Part shown: positions 1 through 9,916 of the stretch, piece after piece
Layout: every line of letters begins with the position of its first letter
How positions within the stretch are numbered: the stretch's first letter is position 1
Assembly: GCA_963768055.1 (NCBI GenBank)
Contig: CAVYGN010000002.1
Span: 672,001 to 736,000, forward strand
Length of the DNA stretch: 64,000 nt
Origin: an uncultured Spirochaetota bacterium
Lineage (GTDB): Bacteria; Spirochaetota; Brevinematia; Brevinematales; JAOACQ01
Reading direction: 5' to 3'
Made by a program: the position numbers and the translations under genes
The notes under the pieces: model-generated
What the model was told of the DNA's origin: nothing
Seen by the model: the letters and a program-made list of their open reading frames with translations, nothing else
The model's database searches: none

Positions 1-250
1 CTTCCGGCGGTATCAATACGTTTTCTCCATTTTGCAAATTACAGGAATAAATATAGAGACTCCAGACCAATTAACAAAAGCTCTGCCGCAATGCCAGGAC
101 TATTTAATAACTTATAGATATGTTACATGCTTCTTTTGATTAGTTTTGATTTATAGCTATGCGCCTTTTCCTGGATTTATTCCTGTGATATAATATATAC
201 AAATAAATCGGCAAAATTCCTATGAAATCTTGAAATATTTTTTATTGTTG

Positions 251-2797
251 TTAAATTAAATAAAATATTTCTTTTTCAATCCCATCAACGACAGCGAACC
301 TTCTCTCGACTAACGGTTCCAGCGTCATAGATTGCCTTGCATCCATCCCCGTAAAATAAGTGATAAAATCCCTGATGCGGGCTCCCCCTTCTTTCTGTAT
401 AAATGTGAAAAATACCCTTTTCCCTGAAAACTCAATGCTTTTAAAATAATCATTGAGATTAATCGACTTTTCACCTTTCATACCCGCTTTCATATATTCA
501 CCCATTGTTTTCACTTTTGCCAATAAAACCGGTTCGGAAAATTCACTATTAAAGGAAAACCTGACAAAATGCTCTCTGCAGATCCTTGTAAATTTAGGGG
601 AAGGCAGGGCTTTCAAATCAATTTTAATAATTTTTAGCCCTGCAGGCAATTCCATATTTAAGAGAGTTTTCAGCCTTTTTTTTCGAATTTTCTCCGAAAG
701 CTCAATTTCAGCAATTTCATAATTGCTTGAAAGTCCTACTGGCAGGGCCCAACCCATTTCTACCCTTAGATGCGGATTAAATCCCCTGGTATAAACAATC
801 GGTATATTCGCGCGAATAAAAGCCCTCTCAAAAACCTCTTCCAGATCTATAGGCCCTAAATATCTCATATTGTTTGTCTTCGTATATAAAAATCTACAGA
901 CAAAACGGGGTTTGCTATCTATCAGAACGCGGTTTAAGAATCTTTTATCAGTTTTATACTTTTCTCCGAGAGTTTTTTTTACAAACCTTGGCTTTTCAGA
1001 TTTGAAATTGCAATTTCCACAGTAATTTGTACAATCCGGAGAGCAGTTTCCGGTCGCAATCCTTGATGCGGCTTTTTCCTTTTCTTTTATTAAATATCTT
1101 TTTGTGACCCCCGGAATAATGAAATCCCATGGCAATACCGCATCCGTTCCCTTCTCTTTAAGATAAAACAAGGGATCTATACCGGTTTCCTCGAAAGCTG
1201 ATTTCCATAAACGAAGATCGAACTTATCCCCCCAGCCGTCGAACCTGGCCCCCTTTCTGAAAGCCTTTTCAATTACCAGAGACAATCTTCGATCGCCTTT
1301 ACATAGAACTCCTTCCAATTCACTCATTTCCGGATCATTATATCTTATATTAATATTCCTTTTATTTTTAAAAAATCCGATCATATCATGAAAATCTTCC
1401 CGGGCGTGACCGGCCGCCATCTGACCATACCACTGGAACGGAGTATGAGGCCTCGGTATAAATAAGGCTACTGAAAGGGTTATTTTAATCCCCCTTACAG
1501 CCGAATCTATTCTCATTGCAAGATTCTCTATTTCAGAAATCTCTACACCCCTTTCATGGGAACATAACCCTATCATAAAATAAAGTTTGACGCTTTTCCA
1601 TCCGAGTTCATAAGCTATTTTTATGACCTTAATAAGCTCTTCTTCCGTCACATTTTTATTTATTGCATCCCTGACAGCCTGTGTCCCTCCTTCGACAGCA
1701 AAAGTAAGTCCGCTCTTCCTGATCTCTTTTACTTTCCGGGCAAGTTCGAGGGTAAAGGAATCTATCCTTAGGCTCGGAAGTGAAAAAGAAACTCCATGGC
1801 TGGATAACTGGCTATCCATTGCCCGGATAAGGGCTTGAAGATCGGAGTAATCGCTTATAGAAAGCGATATCAGGGAAATTTCCCTGTACCCGGTTTTTTT
1901 AATTATTTCCGTGGAAAGTTTCATTAAGTTTTTTACAGTCCTTTCCCTCGGCGGCCTGTAATAAACTCCAGCCTGGCAAAACCTGCATCCCCTTCCGCAT
2001 CCCCTTGCAACTTCAAGCACGGCCCTATCCTGGACCGCCTGTATATGCGGCAGAATTTGAGCAGTAACATAAGGAATTTTTCCCAGGTCGGGTTCGCTGT
2101 ATCTTCTAATACTTTTCCCTACAGGAATAATATATCCATTTTCCTCTTTTTCAACATATAACGGGGGTACATACACCCCCTCTATCATGGAAAGATCATA
2201 CAGTATTGCAGACCTTGCTCTGCCTTTTTCTTTACCCCTGGTTATTACTTCCACCATTTCAATAATCCTGCTCTCCCCGTCACCAATGCAAACGGCATCA
2301 AGAAAATGAGCCACCGGTTCAAGATTTCCTGAAACGGGCCCTCCGGCAATGACAAAAGGATGAGAACCATTCCTTTCTTTTGAATAAAGAGGGACTCCCG
2401 AAAGGTCAAGGATATTGAGAAAATTTGTATACAGAAGTTCATATTGAAATGTAAATCCCAGAATATCAAACCGGGCTAAAGGGGTCTTGGATTCAAGAGA
2501 AAAAAGGGAGATCTTCTTTTCCCGTAAAAACTGTTCCATATCTATCCATGGAGAATAAACCCTTTCACAAGCGATATAATTTTTCCTGTTCAGGATGTCG
2601 TAGAGGATTTTAAGCCCGACATTTGAAATACCGATCTCGTAAATATCCGGATATATAAGGGCTATCGTCGTTTTTCCTTTATTATCCTTGACGATAGAAT
2701 TTAACTCCCCGCCTACATACCGGGCAGGTTTATCTACGAAAGGCAATATTTCTTTTTCTATTATATCCCACATAGGAACTCCAATGCTTTTTTTCAA
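251..2797 (-). CDS. B12-binding-type radical SAM protein (TIGR03960-like) fused to a C-terminal radical SAM-linked domain (TIGR03936/DUF2344-like)
   Basis: VDKPARYVGGELN N-terminus; RGCGRGCRFC CxxxCxxC motif; C-terminal IPIVYTRGFNPH...ALPVGLSS block. Confidence 0.85.
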   Translation of the reverse strand: MKKSIGVPMWDIIEKEILPFVDKPARYVGGELNSIVKDNKGKTTIALIYPDIYEIGISNVGLKILYDILNRKNYIACERVYSPWIDMEQFLREKKISLFSLESKTPLARFDILGFTFQYELLYTNFLNILDLSGVPLYSKERNGSHPFVIAGGPVSGNLEPVAHFLDAVCIGDGESRIIEMVEVITRGKEKGRARSAILYDLSMIEGVYVPPLYVEKEENGYIIPVGKSIRRYSEPDLGKIPYVTAQILPHIQAVQDRAVLEVARGCGRGCRFCQAGVYYRPPRERTVKNLMKLSTEIIKKTGYREISLISLSISDYSDLQALIRAMDSQLSSHGVSFSLPSLRIDSFTLELARKVKEIRKSGLTFAVEGGTQAVRDAINKNVTEEELIKVIKIAYELGWKSVKLYFMIGLCSHERGVEISEIENLAMRIDSAVRGIKITLSVALFIPRPHTPFQWYGQMAAGHAREDFHDMIGFFKNKRNINIRYNDPEMSELEGVLCKGDRRLSLVIEKAFRKGARFDGWGDKFDLRLWKSAFEETGIDPLFYLKEKGTDAVLPWDFIIPGVTKRYLIKEKEKAASRIATGNCSPDCTNYCGNCNFKSEKPRFVKKTLGEKYKTDKRFLNRVLIDSKPRFVCRFLYTKTNNMRYLGPIDLEEVFERAFIRANIPIVYTRGFNPHLRVEMGWALPVGLSSNYEIAEIELSEKIRKKRLKTLLNMELPAGLKIIKIDLKALPSPKFTRICREHFVRFSFNSEFSEPVLLAKVKTMGEYMKAGMKGEKSINLNDYFKSIEFSGKRVFFTFIQKEGGARIRDFITYFTGMDARQSMTLEPLVERRFAVVDGIEKEIFYLI

Positions 2798-2838
2798 TTT
2801 ATTGCATCAAGTTTAATATTAACATAAAATAGTACATT

Positions 2839-3363
2839 ATGAAACGAAAATACAATTACACATGGCTTAACGAAGGGGTCAGAACATTTTTGAGGGATTC
2901 AATCCCCTCCGTGCATTATTTTTCAGCGCTTCTCAGGAAGAATTGGCATGAAATTGTCGGAAAGGCAATGGCCTCACATTCAACGCCAATGGGTGTATAT
3001 AATAAAGTATTGACAGTAAACGTTGACGACCCGATCTGGATCCAGGAATTTACTTTAAATAAAGATGAAATCAGGAATAATATAATAAATTTCTTCGGGG
3101 ATAAATCCTTGACAGGAGTTTTCGATTCCATCAGGTTTCAGAACGGTGAGATAAAAGGTCATCTTCCTGTCAAGAAAATCAAATTCACCGGCAGGGTCGA
3201 CCCAAATACTCTGAAAAAGATCGATGAAACCCTGAAAAATTTAGAAGATAAAGAATTGAAAGAAGCCCTGAGGCATTATTTTATCCAGTCCCAGCTTAAA
3301 TTTTCGGAGGGCGGTATTCCTGGATCACAATCTGTTCCCCAATTTCATTCGAAAGACGGGTAA
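2839..3363 (+). CDS. DUF721 / DciA-family helicase loader-like protein
   Basis: W.EIVG..MA.HSTP....KVLTVNVDDPIWIQE pattern typical of DUF721. Confidence 0.75.
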   Translation: MKRKYNYTWLNEGVRTFLRDSIPSVHYFSALLRKNWHEIVGKAMASHSTPMGVYNKVLTVNVDDPIWIQEFTLNKDEIRNNIINFFGDKSLTGVFDSIRFQNGEIKGHLPVKKIKFTGRVDPNTLKKIDETLKNLEDKELKEALRHYFIQSQLKFSEGGIPGSQSVPQFHSKDG

Positions 3364-3889
3364 TTTCATATCTTTCTACGATCCCTGTTACAAGGGTTGT
3401 CCTAAACTGGTGCGGAATTCCGCTTTTCAGGATGAGCCCGATGGAATCCTTTATTTTTTCAAGATCGACCGAATCAAGGCCGACTGTTTTACCATATTTG
3501 CTGAAAATGTTTTTAATATCCATTGCCACGAAAGAGAGCAGGCCCCTATTTAAATATCTCTTCAATATACCGGGCAGATAACCGTTAGTATCAAGTTTTG
3601 TTAAAAACCCGTTTTTTAAACACCATTCAAAGAAACCGGCAAGTCTTTCCCCCCAGATAGTGGGTTCCCCGCCGCTCACACATATCCCACTGATTTTTCC
3701 CTTTTTCGATATCAGGAAAGCCTCGATATCCTCTTCAGCAATTTCAGGGATTTTTTCGTACAATTCCGGAACAATAAGGTCCCTGTTTTGACACCATGGG
3801 CAGCGGAAATTACAACCCGCGGTAAAAACAGTGGCGGCAATCTGTCCCGGAAAATCTATTAATGAAATTTTCTGAATTCCCCTGAACAT
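3296..3889 (-). CDS. nrdG: anaerobic ribonucleoside-triphosphate reductase activating radical SAM enzyme
   Basis: SLIDFPG...GCNFRCPWCQN, SGGEPT and KLDTNG motifs; lies downstream of nrdD. Confidence 0.92.
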   Translation of the reverse strand: MFRGIQKISLIDFPGQIAATVFTAGCNFRCPWCQNRDLIVPELYEKIPEIAEEDIEAFLISKKGKISGICVSGGEPTIWGERLAGFFEWCLKNGFLTKLDTNGYLPGILKRYLNRGLLSFVAMDIKNIFSKYGKTVGLDSVDLEKIKDSIGLILKSGIPHQFRTTLVTGIVERYEITRLSNEIGEQIVIQEYRPPKI

Positions 3890-3897
3890 CTCTAAAA

Positions 3898-4050
3898 TTA
3901 TTTGAAAAGGAGCTTATCTTCGTAAGTATTTCTCTCGGAAAATTCCTGCTGCTTACCGATGTTCCAATGCTGGACCGGCCTGTAATACCCGACTATCCTG
4001 GAATAAACCTCTGTCGGTATAACCAACCGCTTTTTTTCCTCTTGTTCCAT
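3898..4050 (-). CDS. stand-alone 50-aa glycyl-radical domain of class III ribonucleotide reductase (NrdD C-terminal piece)
   Basis: MEQEEKKRLVIPTEVYSRIVGYYRPVQHWNIGKQQEF carries the RxxGY glycyl-radical motif; strong SD AAGGAGAGGAG 10 nt upstream of ATG at 4050. Confidence 0.85.
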   Translation of the reverse strand: MEQEEKKRLVIPTEVYSRIVGYYRPVQHWNIGKQQEFSERNTYEDKLLFK

Positions 4051-4093
4051 GTGTTTGCTTCTCCTCTCCTTAAAATCTGCTTTAAAACTATGA

Positions 4094-6187
4094 TTACATA
4101 TATTTTCCATATTTAAGTAATTCTTCATCCGTATGGGGCAGGGGACAGATCCACTTTTCCCCGGAAAGATAGCCATGGACCGGGCAAACCGAGAAAGTCG
4201 GGGTAATGGAAAAATACGGCAATCGATACTGGCTTGCTACCGTTTTAACCATTTTCGCTATTATATCCGGGTTTTCGACTTTTTCACCGAGAAAAATATG
4301 TATTACCGTTCCTCCGGTAAACTTAGCCTGTAAAGGATCCTGGTGGTCAAGCAGCTCAAAAATATCGTCAGTGGCATTAACCGGAAGGTGGACGGAATTG
4401 GTATAATAAGGGGCATCCTGCGTTCCTGAAGAAATGATATCCGGGTGTATCCGTTTATCGGCTTTTGCAAGACGGAAACTCGCACCTTCAGCGGGAGATG
4501 CTTCCAGGTTATAAAGATTACCCGTTTCCCGTTTGAATTCCTCAAGGACCTCGAGGGCAAAATCAAGGACTTTCATGGCAAAAGTCCTGCTCTCCTGGGT
4601 GTTATAAGGTTTTTTTAGAAAATTCATGACTGCTTCATTCATGCCGATCATACCTATTGTAGAAAAATGATTGGTCCAGTATCTTCCGCTTCTTTTTTTT
4701 ATATCGTTCAAATAAATACGCGTATATGGATAGAGGCCTCTGTCCGTCAGGTCCTCTATTACTTTCCTTTTCATCTCCAGGGAATTTTTCGATATCACCA
4801 TCATCTGTCTGAATAAAACGAAAAATTCTTCTTCATTAGAAGCCGAATAAGCAATCCTGGGAAGATTGATAGTCACAACCCCGATAGAACCCGTCATTGG
4901 ATTGGCGGCAAATAACCCTCCGCGTTTACCCAGGGGGTTCTCATCGCTCCCGGTCAGGCTCATTCTGTCAAGCTGAGCCCTTACTTCTCTATTATCCAGC
5001 TTAAGCCTGCAGCACATACTCCTTGTATCTTCCTCATTCATATCAGAATTGATAAAATTGCTGAAATAGGGGGTTCCGTACTTCGCCGTCATTTCCCATA
5101 TCTTTCTATAAGCCGGATTTTCCCAATCAAATGTCTTGGTAATATTATAAGTTGGGATCGGAAAGGTGAATGGCCTGTTTTTTGCGTCTCCTTCAAGCAT
5201 TACCTCTGCAAAAGCCTGATTTATCCAGTCCATTTCAAGTTTAAATTCCGAATATGATTCATCCCTTATTTCTCCGCCGATTATTACTCCCTTATCTCTG
5301 AGATAAGAAGGGCAGACAAGGTCGAAGGTTAAATTCGTGAAAGGGGTTTGAAATCCGGTCCGTGTCGGCACGTTGAGGTTAAAGACGAATTCCTGTATAG
5401 CCTGCTTAACCTCTGACATTGTCAAACCGTCATACTTTACAAGCGGCGCAAGAAGGGTGTCTATATTGGCAAAAGCTTGAGCTCCTGCCGCCTCACCCTG
5501 GAGAGTATAGAAAAAATTGACTATCTGACCCAGCGCCGATCGAAAATGCTTTGCCGGTTTACTTTCCACTTTGCCGGCAACCCCACCGAAACCCTGGATC
5601 AGGAGCTGTTCAAGATCCCATCCGACACAATAAGCGGAAAGGGACCCAAGATCATGAATATGTACGGCCCCGCTTCTATGCGCTTCACCGATATCCGGTG
5701 TATATATTTTTGTAAGCCAGTAATTAGCGGTTATTGTTGACGATACATGTGAATTCAGGCCCTGGAGGGAATAGAACATATTAGAATTTTCGTTTACCCT
5801 CCAGTCCCTCAGATGAACATAATCTTCAATCATGTTAAGACTTTCATTGAGAGTTTTCGTTATATTCCTTATTTCGCTCCTTTTCGCACGGTAAAGAATA
5901 TATGATTTCGCCGTCTTTCTGAAGCCCATATTCATAAGAGTATCTTCTACCATATCCTGTATATGTTCTATCTCCACAACTTTATCATCAAGCTTGCTTA
6001 TTACCATTGCGGTAATTTCCCAAGCCTGGTTATAATTGCCTTCACCCGTCGCTTCAAAGGCCTTGCTGACTGCTACTGCTATTTTTGAGACATCGAAGTC
6101 GGCTATTCTGCCGTCCCTCTTCTTTACGAAAGCGCTTTGATTATTTGATTTTTTTGACTGGACCAGGTCTTTAACAAGCTGCTCCAT
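4094..6187 (-). CDS. nrdD: class III anaerobic ribonucleoside-triphosphate reductase catalytic chain with N-terminal ATP cone; ends after the Zn site without the glycyl-radical loop
   Basis: VKKRDG ATP cone; DWRVNENSN, HIHDL, RSMCCRL, YYTNS, CPVHGY motifs; SD GGGAGGGG before ATG at 6187 (GTG at 6193 is an alternative start). Confidence 0.93.
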   Translation of the reverse strand: MEQLVKDLVQSKKSNNQSAFVKKRDGRIADFDVSKIAVAVSKAFEATGEGNYNQAWEITAMVISKLDDKVVEIEHIQDMVEDTLMNMGFRKTAKSYILYRAKRSEIRNITKTLNESLNMIEDYVHLRDWRVNENSNMFYSLQGLNSHVSSTITANYWLTKIYTPDIGEAHRSGAVHIHDLGSLSAYCVGWDLEQLLIQGFGGVAGKVESKPAKHFRSALGQIVNFFYTLQGEAAGAQAFANIDTLLAPLVKYDGLTMSEVKQAIQEFVFNLNVPTRTGFQTPFTNLTFDLVCPSYLRDKGVIIGGEIRDESYSEFKLEMDWINQAFAEVMLEGDAKNRPFTFPIPTYNITKTFDWENPAYRKIWEMTAKYGTPYFSNFINSDMNEEDTRSMCCRLKLDNREVRAQLDRMSLTGSDENPLGKRGGLFAANPMTGSIGVVTINLPRIAYSASNEEEFFVLFRQMMVISKNSLEMKRKVIEDLTDRGLYPYTRIYLNDIKKRSGRYWTNHFSTIGMIGMNEAVMNFLKKPYNTQESRTFAMKVLDFALEVLEEFKRETGNLYNLEASPAEGASFRLAKADKRIHPDIISSGTQDAPYYTNSVHLPVNATDDIFELLDHQDPLQAKFTGGTVIHIFLGEKVENPDIIAKMVKTVASQYRLPYFSITPTFSVCPVHGYLSGEKWICPLPHTDEELLKYGKYM

Positions 6188-6221
6188 CTTCACCCCTCCC
6201 GATAATATAAAACGGCTTTTT

Positions 6222-6932
6222 CTAAATTTTCATAATATTTACCACCGATATGACAATGAATATGATTATTGTTACAAGCGCGCCTGTTAGAATCAGGTTT
6301 TCTCTGTTCCTGATTAAATAATTAACATTTTTCTTTTCGAAAAGATAGATTTTGTTCTTGCCATGAGGAATGATGAATATAATATTGATTAAAAGAACAG
6401 ACAATAGAAGGACAATATCAGGTATCCGCCGGTTAAATGCCTTTTCTATTATATCCTTCAAAAAAAACATGTAAATAATAAAAAAAATATCGCAGATCGA
6501 AATAATGTAATTAAAAATCTTTTTCCTGAAAAAGCGGAAAATATTTCTTAATTCTATTATTTTTTTGATCTCGGTATACATTTTTTTTAGTTTCTGAGAG
6601 CTGGAATCTGATAAATAAATGTTGCAACTCGAAGGAGATATATCAAGTATCAAATAGGGCTGTTCTTTTCCTGTTTCTTCCTGAACGTTAAAATAAAACG
6701 AATGATATTCCTTTTTCTTAAAATTATCATTTTTAATCAGAATTTCAAGATCTTCCGAATTATTAATTTCATCCTCAAGGCTATAACCCCCTATCTGATA
6801 TACAATTCCGGGAAAATAAGATTTTGTGATTTTAATAAATTCAACTATATCTTCTTTATAAAGGGTCAGCATAAATGGCGAAAATGAAAAGGTATAATAT
6901 GAATCACGGCTGCTGACCGATCTTCCCCTCAT
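6222..6932 (-). CDS. hypothetical membrane protein (about 3 C-terminal TM segments)
   Basis: 236-aa ORF with hydrophobic C-terminal stretches and an upstream GGGGAG SD. Confidence 0.6.
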   Translation of the reverse strand: MRGRSVSSRDSYYTFSFSPFMLTLYKEDIVEFIKITKSYFPGIVYQIGGYSLEDEINNSEDLEILIKNDNFKKKEYHSFYFNVQEETGKEQPYLILDISPSSCNIYLSDSSSQKLKKMYTEIKKIIELRNIFRFFRKKIFNYIISICDIFFIIYMFFLKDIIEKAFNRRIPDIVLLLSVLLINIIFIIPHGKNKIYLFEKKNVNYLIRNRENLILTGALVTIIIFIVISVVNIMKI

Positions 6933-7056
6933 TAAAAAACACTCCCCTTAACAAATTTTTTAATTTTTAAAGAAATAGGATTTTATAACTAATTATATTT
7001 TATTTCACATTAAATATCTATAATTTTTAAAAAATGAATGTTTAAATTCCCTTTCC

Positions 7057-9897
7057 TCAGGAAGAAGAGTCCGGTTTCTTTATCTCCTGCAGGTATTTTT
7101 TTAAAAAGATCCCTGTATAAGATTTCTTGTCTTTCAATATATCTTCCGGTTTTCCTTCAAAAACTATAAACCCGCCCTTGTCGCCGCCTTCCGGCCCAAG
7201 ATCTATAATCCAGTCAGACACTTTTATTACATCCATGTTGTGCTCGATGACTATAACTGAGTTCCCCCTGTCGACCAGCGACTGAAGAACATTTATAAGT
7301 TTTTTTACATCATCGAAATGGAGTCCGACTGTAGGTTCATCGAGAATATAAAGAGTTTTGCCTGTCCCTATCTTTGACAGTTCCTTGGCAAGTTTTATTC
7401 TTTGAGCTTCGCCTCCGGAAAGCGTAGTTGCGGCCTGGCCGAGGTGAACATAGCCCAGGCCTACATTTTTCAATACTTCTATTTTTCTCTTTATATTCGG
7501 GATATGCTCGAAAAATGAAAGGGCTTCATCAACTGTCAATGCAAGAACATCGGCGATAGATTTCCCTTTATATTTGATTTGAAGTGTTTCCCTGTTATAT
7601 CTTCTGCCCCCGCAGACATCGCAAGTCAGGTATACATCCGGCAGAAAATGCATTTCCACCTGTATTAAACCGTCTCCCTGACATGCTTCACACCGCCCCC
7701 CTTTTACATTGAAGCTGAACCTGCCGGCTTTATAACCCCTTGCCTTTGCTTCTGGAAGACCTGTAAAAAGGTCCCTGATCTCTGTAAAAACACCTGTATA
7801 AGTAGCCGGGTTGCTGCGCGGCGTCCTCCCTATAGGGCTTTGATCGATGTCTATAATTTTATCGATATTCTCGGCCCCATGGATCTCTTTATATATACCC
7901 GGTATGCATTTAGCTCTGTTGACGCATTTGGCAAGGGCCATATATAAAATGTCGTTGACAAGGGTTGATTTTCCCGATCCGCTGACCCCGGTTATAGCGA
8001 TAAACTTTCCGAGGGGAAAATCCACATCGATTTTTTTCAGATTGTGCTCCTCTGCGCCTACTATCCTTATGAATTGACCGCTGCCCTCCCTTCTCGCCGG
8101 GGGCATTTCGACAAACAAATCTCCGGAAAGATACCTTCCCGTCAGGGAATTTTTATTCTTTTTAATCTGGCTGAATGTGCCTTCGGCGACAAGATTACCC
8201 CCGTAAATCCCTGCTCCCGGGCCGATATCGACCACCCAATCCGATCTTGAAATAGTTTCCTCGTCGTGTTCGACTACAAGAACGGTATTTCCGGCATCCC
8301 TGAGTTTTTCAAGGCTCAGTATCAAACGGTCGGTGTCTCTCGCATGAAGGCCAATAGTGGGTTCATCAAGGACATACAACACCCCCATCAATCCCGATCC
8401 GATCTGTGAGGCCAGTCTTATTCTCTGAAATTCTCCGCCGGAAATCGTACTCACTTTCCTGTCAAGGGTTATATAATCAAGTCCGACATCTATAATGAAT
8501 TGTAATCTTTTTTCTATCTCTTTCAGGATCCTTTCAGCTATTATTATCTCGCTTTTACCCAGGGTTTTCGAAAGTCCGGAAATGAATTGAAAGGATGAAG
8601 CTACATTCATTCTTGTAACTTCCATGATATTTTTAGCCGATACGATCACCGACAGGCTTTCTTTTTTAAGCCTTTCACCATTGCAGACCGGGCATTTTAT
8701 AGATTCCATATACTGTTCCAGCCATTCCCTCATGTCCATAGACTGGGTTTCAAAATACCGCCTTTTAAGGTTGGGTATTACGCCCTCATATTGCGACATT
8801 GTTTTGAAATCAAACCTGTCGCTGGTATAATGAATTTCTACCCTATCGGTGTCCCCATTCATGATCAAATTCCTTATGGTTTTCGGGAGCTCTCTATAGG
8901 GTTTATCCATGGAAAAACCGTATTTTCTCGAAAGGGCGTTTAAAAAACTTAACCAGTGGCCCTGAGTAGGGGGGTGGCTTTTAAGCGCCCCGTCGTTAAG
9001 GCTTTTATCAAAATCAACAAGCAGTTCCTCGTCAAACTCAAGCTTTTCTCCAAGTCCGCTGCATTCAGGACATGCCCCATACGGAGCATTGAAGGAAAAC
9101 ATCCTCGGTGAAATTTCACTGAAGCTTATATTATGGTCAGGGCAATAATAGCGTTCAGAATATATCTTTTCCTCTTTTGTATCTATGAAAGACAGGGTTA
9201 AGAGTCCATCGCCGTAATGGAGTGCCGTTTCAACCGAATCGGTAATCTGGGTCCTGTATTTTTCATTTATAGAAAGCCTTGTGATCACTATATCTATATT
9301 ATGCTTTTTGTTTTTATCGAGCTTGATATCGGACTCCAGCTCGATAATCTCGCCGTTTACCCTGACCCTGGCAAAACCCTCCTTTCTTAATTCTTCCAGA
9401 ATATCAGCATGCGTGCCCTTTTTACCCTTTACAACCGGGGCCATGATCATAAACTTCGTCCCTTCCTGTGTTTTCATGATCGAATCTACAATTTCATCGC
9501 TGGTCGTCGAGGTCAATATTCTTCCGCATACCGGACAGGTTGGCGTACCGATCGTACCCCATAATAGCCTGAAATAATCGTATATTTCAGTAACTGTTCC
9601 CACTATAGATCTCGGGTTGGCATGAACGCTTTGCTGCTGAATTGAAATGGCCGGAGACAAGCCGCCGATATACTCGACATCCGGTTTTTTCATCTCGCCA
9701 AGAAACTGCCTGGCGTATGTTGAAAGCGATTCCAGGTAACGCCGTTCACCCTCAGCATAAATTGTGTCGAAAACGAGGGATGATTTACCGCTTCCTGAAA
9801 CCCCGGTAAAGACCACTAGTTTATTTCTAGGTATTTCAATTGAAAGGTTCTTTAAATTATGTTCTTTTGCGCCTTTAATAACGATTTTTTCAACCAT
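7057..9897 (-). CDS. uvrA: excinuclease ABC subunit A
   Basis: GAKEHNLKN, two Walker A motifs (GVSGSGKS), Zn fingers, ISGGE/LSGGE signatures. Confidence 0.98.
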   Translation of the reverse strand: MVEKIVIKGAKEHNLKNLSIEIPRNKLVVFTGVSGSGKSSLVFDTIYAEGERRYLESLSTYARQFLGEMKKPDVEYIGGLSPAISIQQQSVHANPRSIVGTVTEIYDYFRLLWGTIGTPTCPVCGRILTSTTSDEIVDSIMKTQEGTKFMIMAPVVKGKKGTHADILEELRKEGFARVRVNGEIIELESDIKLDKNKKHNIDIVITRLSINEKYRTQITDSVETALHYGDGLLTLSFIDTKEEKIYSERYYCPDHNISFSEISPRMFSFNAPYGACPECSGLGEKLEFDEELLVDFDKSLNDGALKSHPPTQGHWLSFLNALSRKYGFSMDKPYRELPKTIRNLIMNGDTDRVEIHYTSDRFDFKTMSQYEGVIPNLKRRYFETQSMDMREWLEQYMESIKCPVCNGERLKKESLSVIVSAKNIMEVTRMNVASSFQFISGLSKTLGKSEIIIAERILKEIEKRLQFIIDVGLDYITLDRKVSTISGGEFQRIRLASQIGSGLMGVLYVLDEPTIGLHARDTDRLILSLEKLRDAGNTVLVVEHDEETISRSDWVVDIGPGAGIYGGNLVAEGTFSQIKKNKNSLTGRYLSGDLFVEMPPARREGSGQFIRIVGAEEHNLKKIDVDFPLGKFIAITGVSGSGKSTLVNDILYMALAKCVNRAKCIPGIYKEIHGAENIDKIIDIDQSPIGRTPRSNPATYTGVFTEIRDLFTGLPEAKARGYKAGRFSFNVKGGRCEACQGDGLIQVEMHFLPDVYLTCDVCGGRRYNRETLQIKYKGKSIADVLALTVDEALSFFEHIPNIKRKIEVLKNVGLGYVHLGQAATTLSGGEAQRIKLAKELSKIGTGKTLYILDEPTVGLHFDDVKKLINVLQSLVDRGNSVIVIEHNMDVIKVSDWIIDLGPEGGDKGGFIVFEGKPEDILKDKKSYTGIFLKKYLQEIKKPDSSS

Positions 9898-9916
9898 TTG
9901 GAAATTTATTTCCTCT

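Noticed and set aside
1..250. Partial gene at the left edge
   Set aside because: Only a short open minus-strand frame; not enough to call.
6188..6221. NrdR box upstream of nrdD
   Set aside because: The short intergenic gap has no match to the NrdR palindrome.
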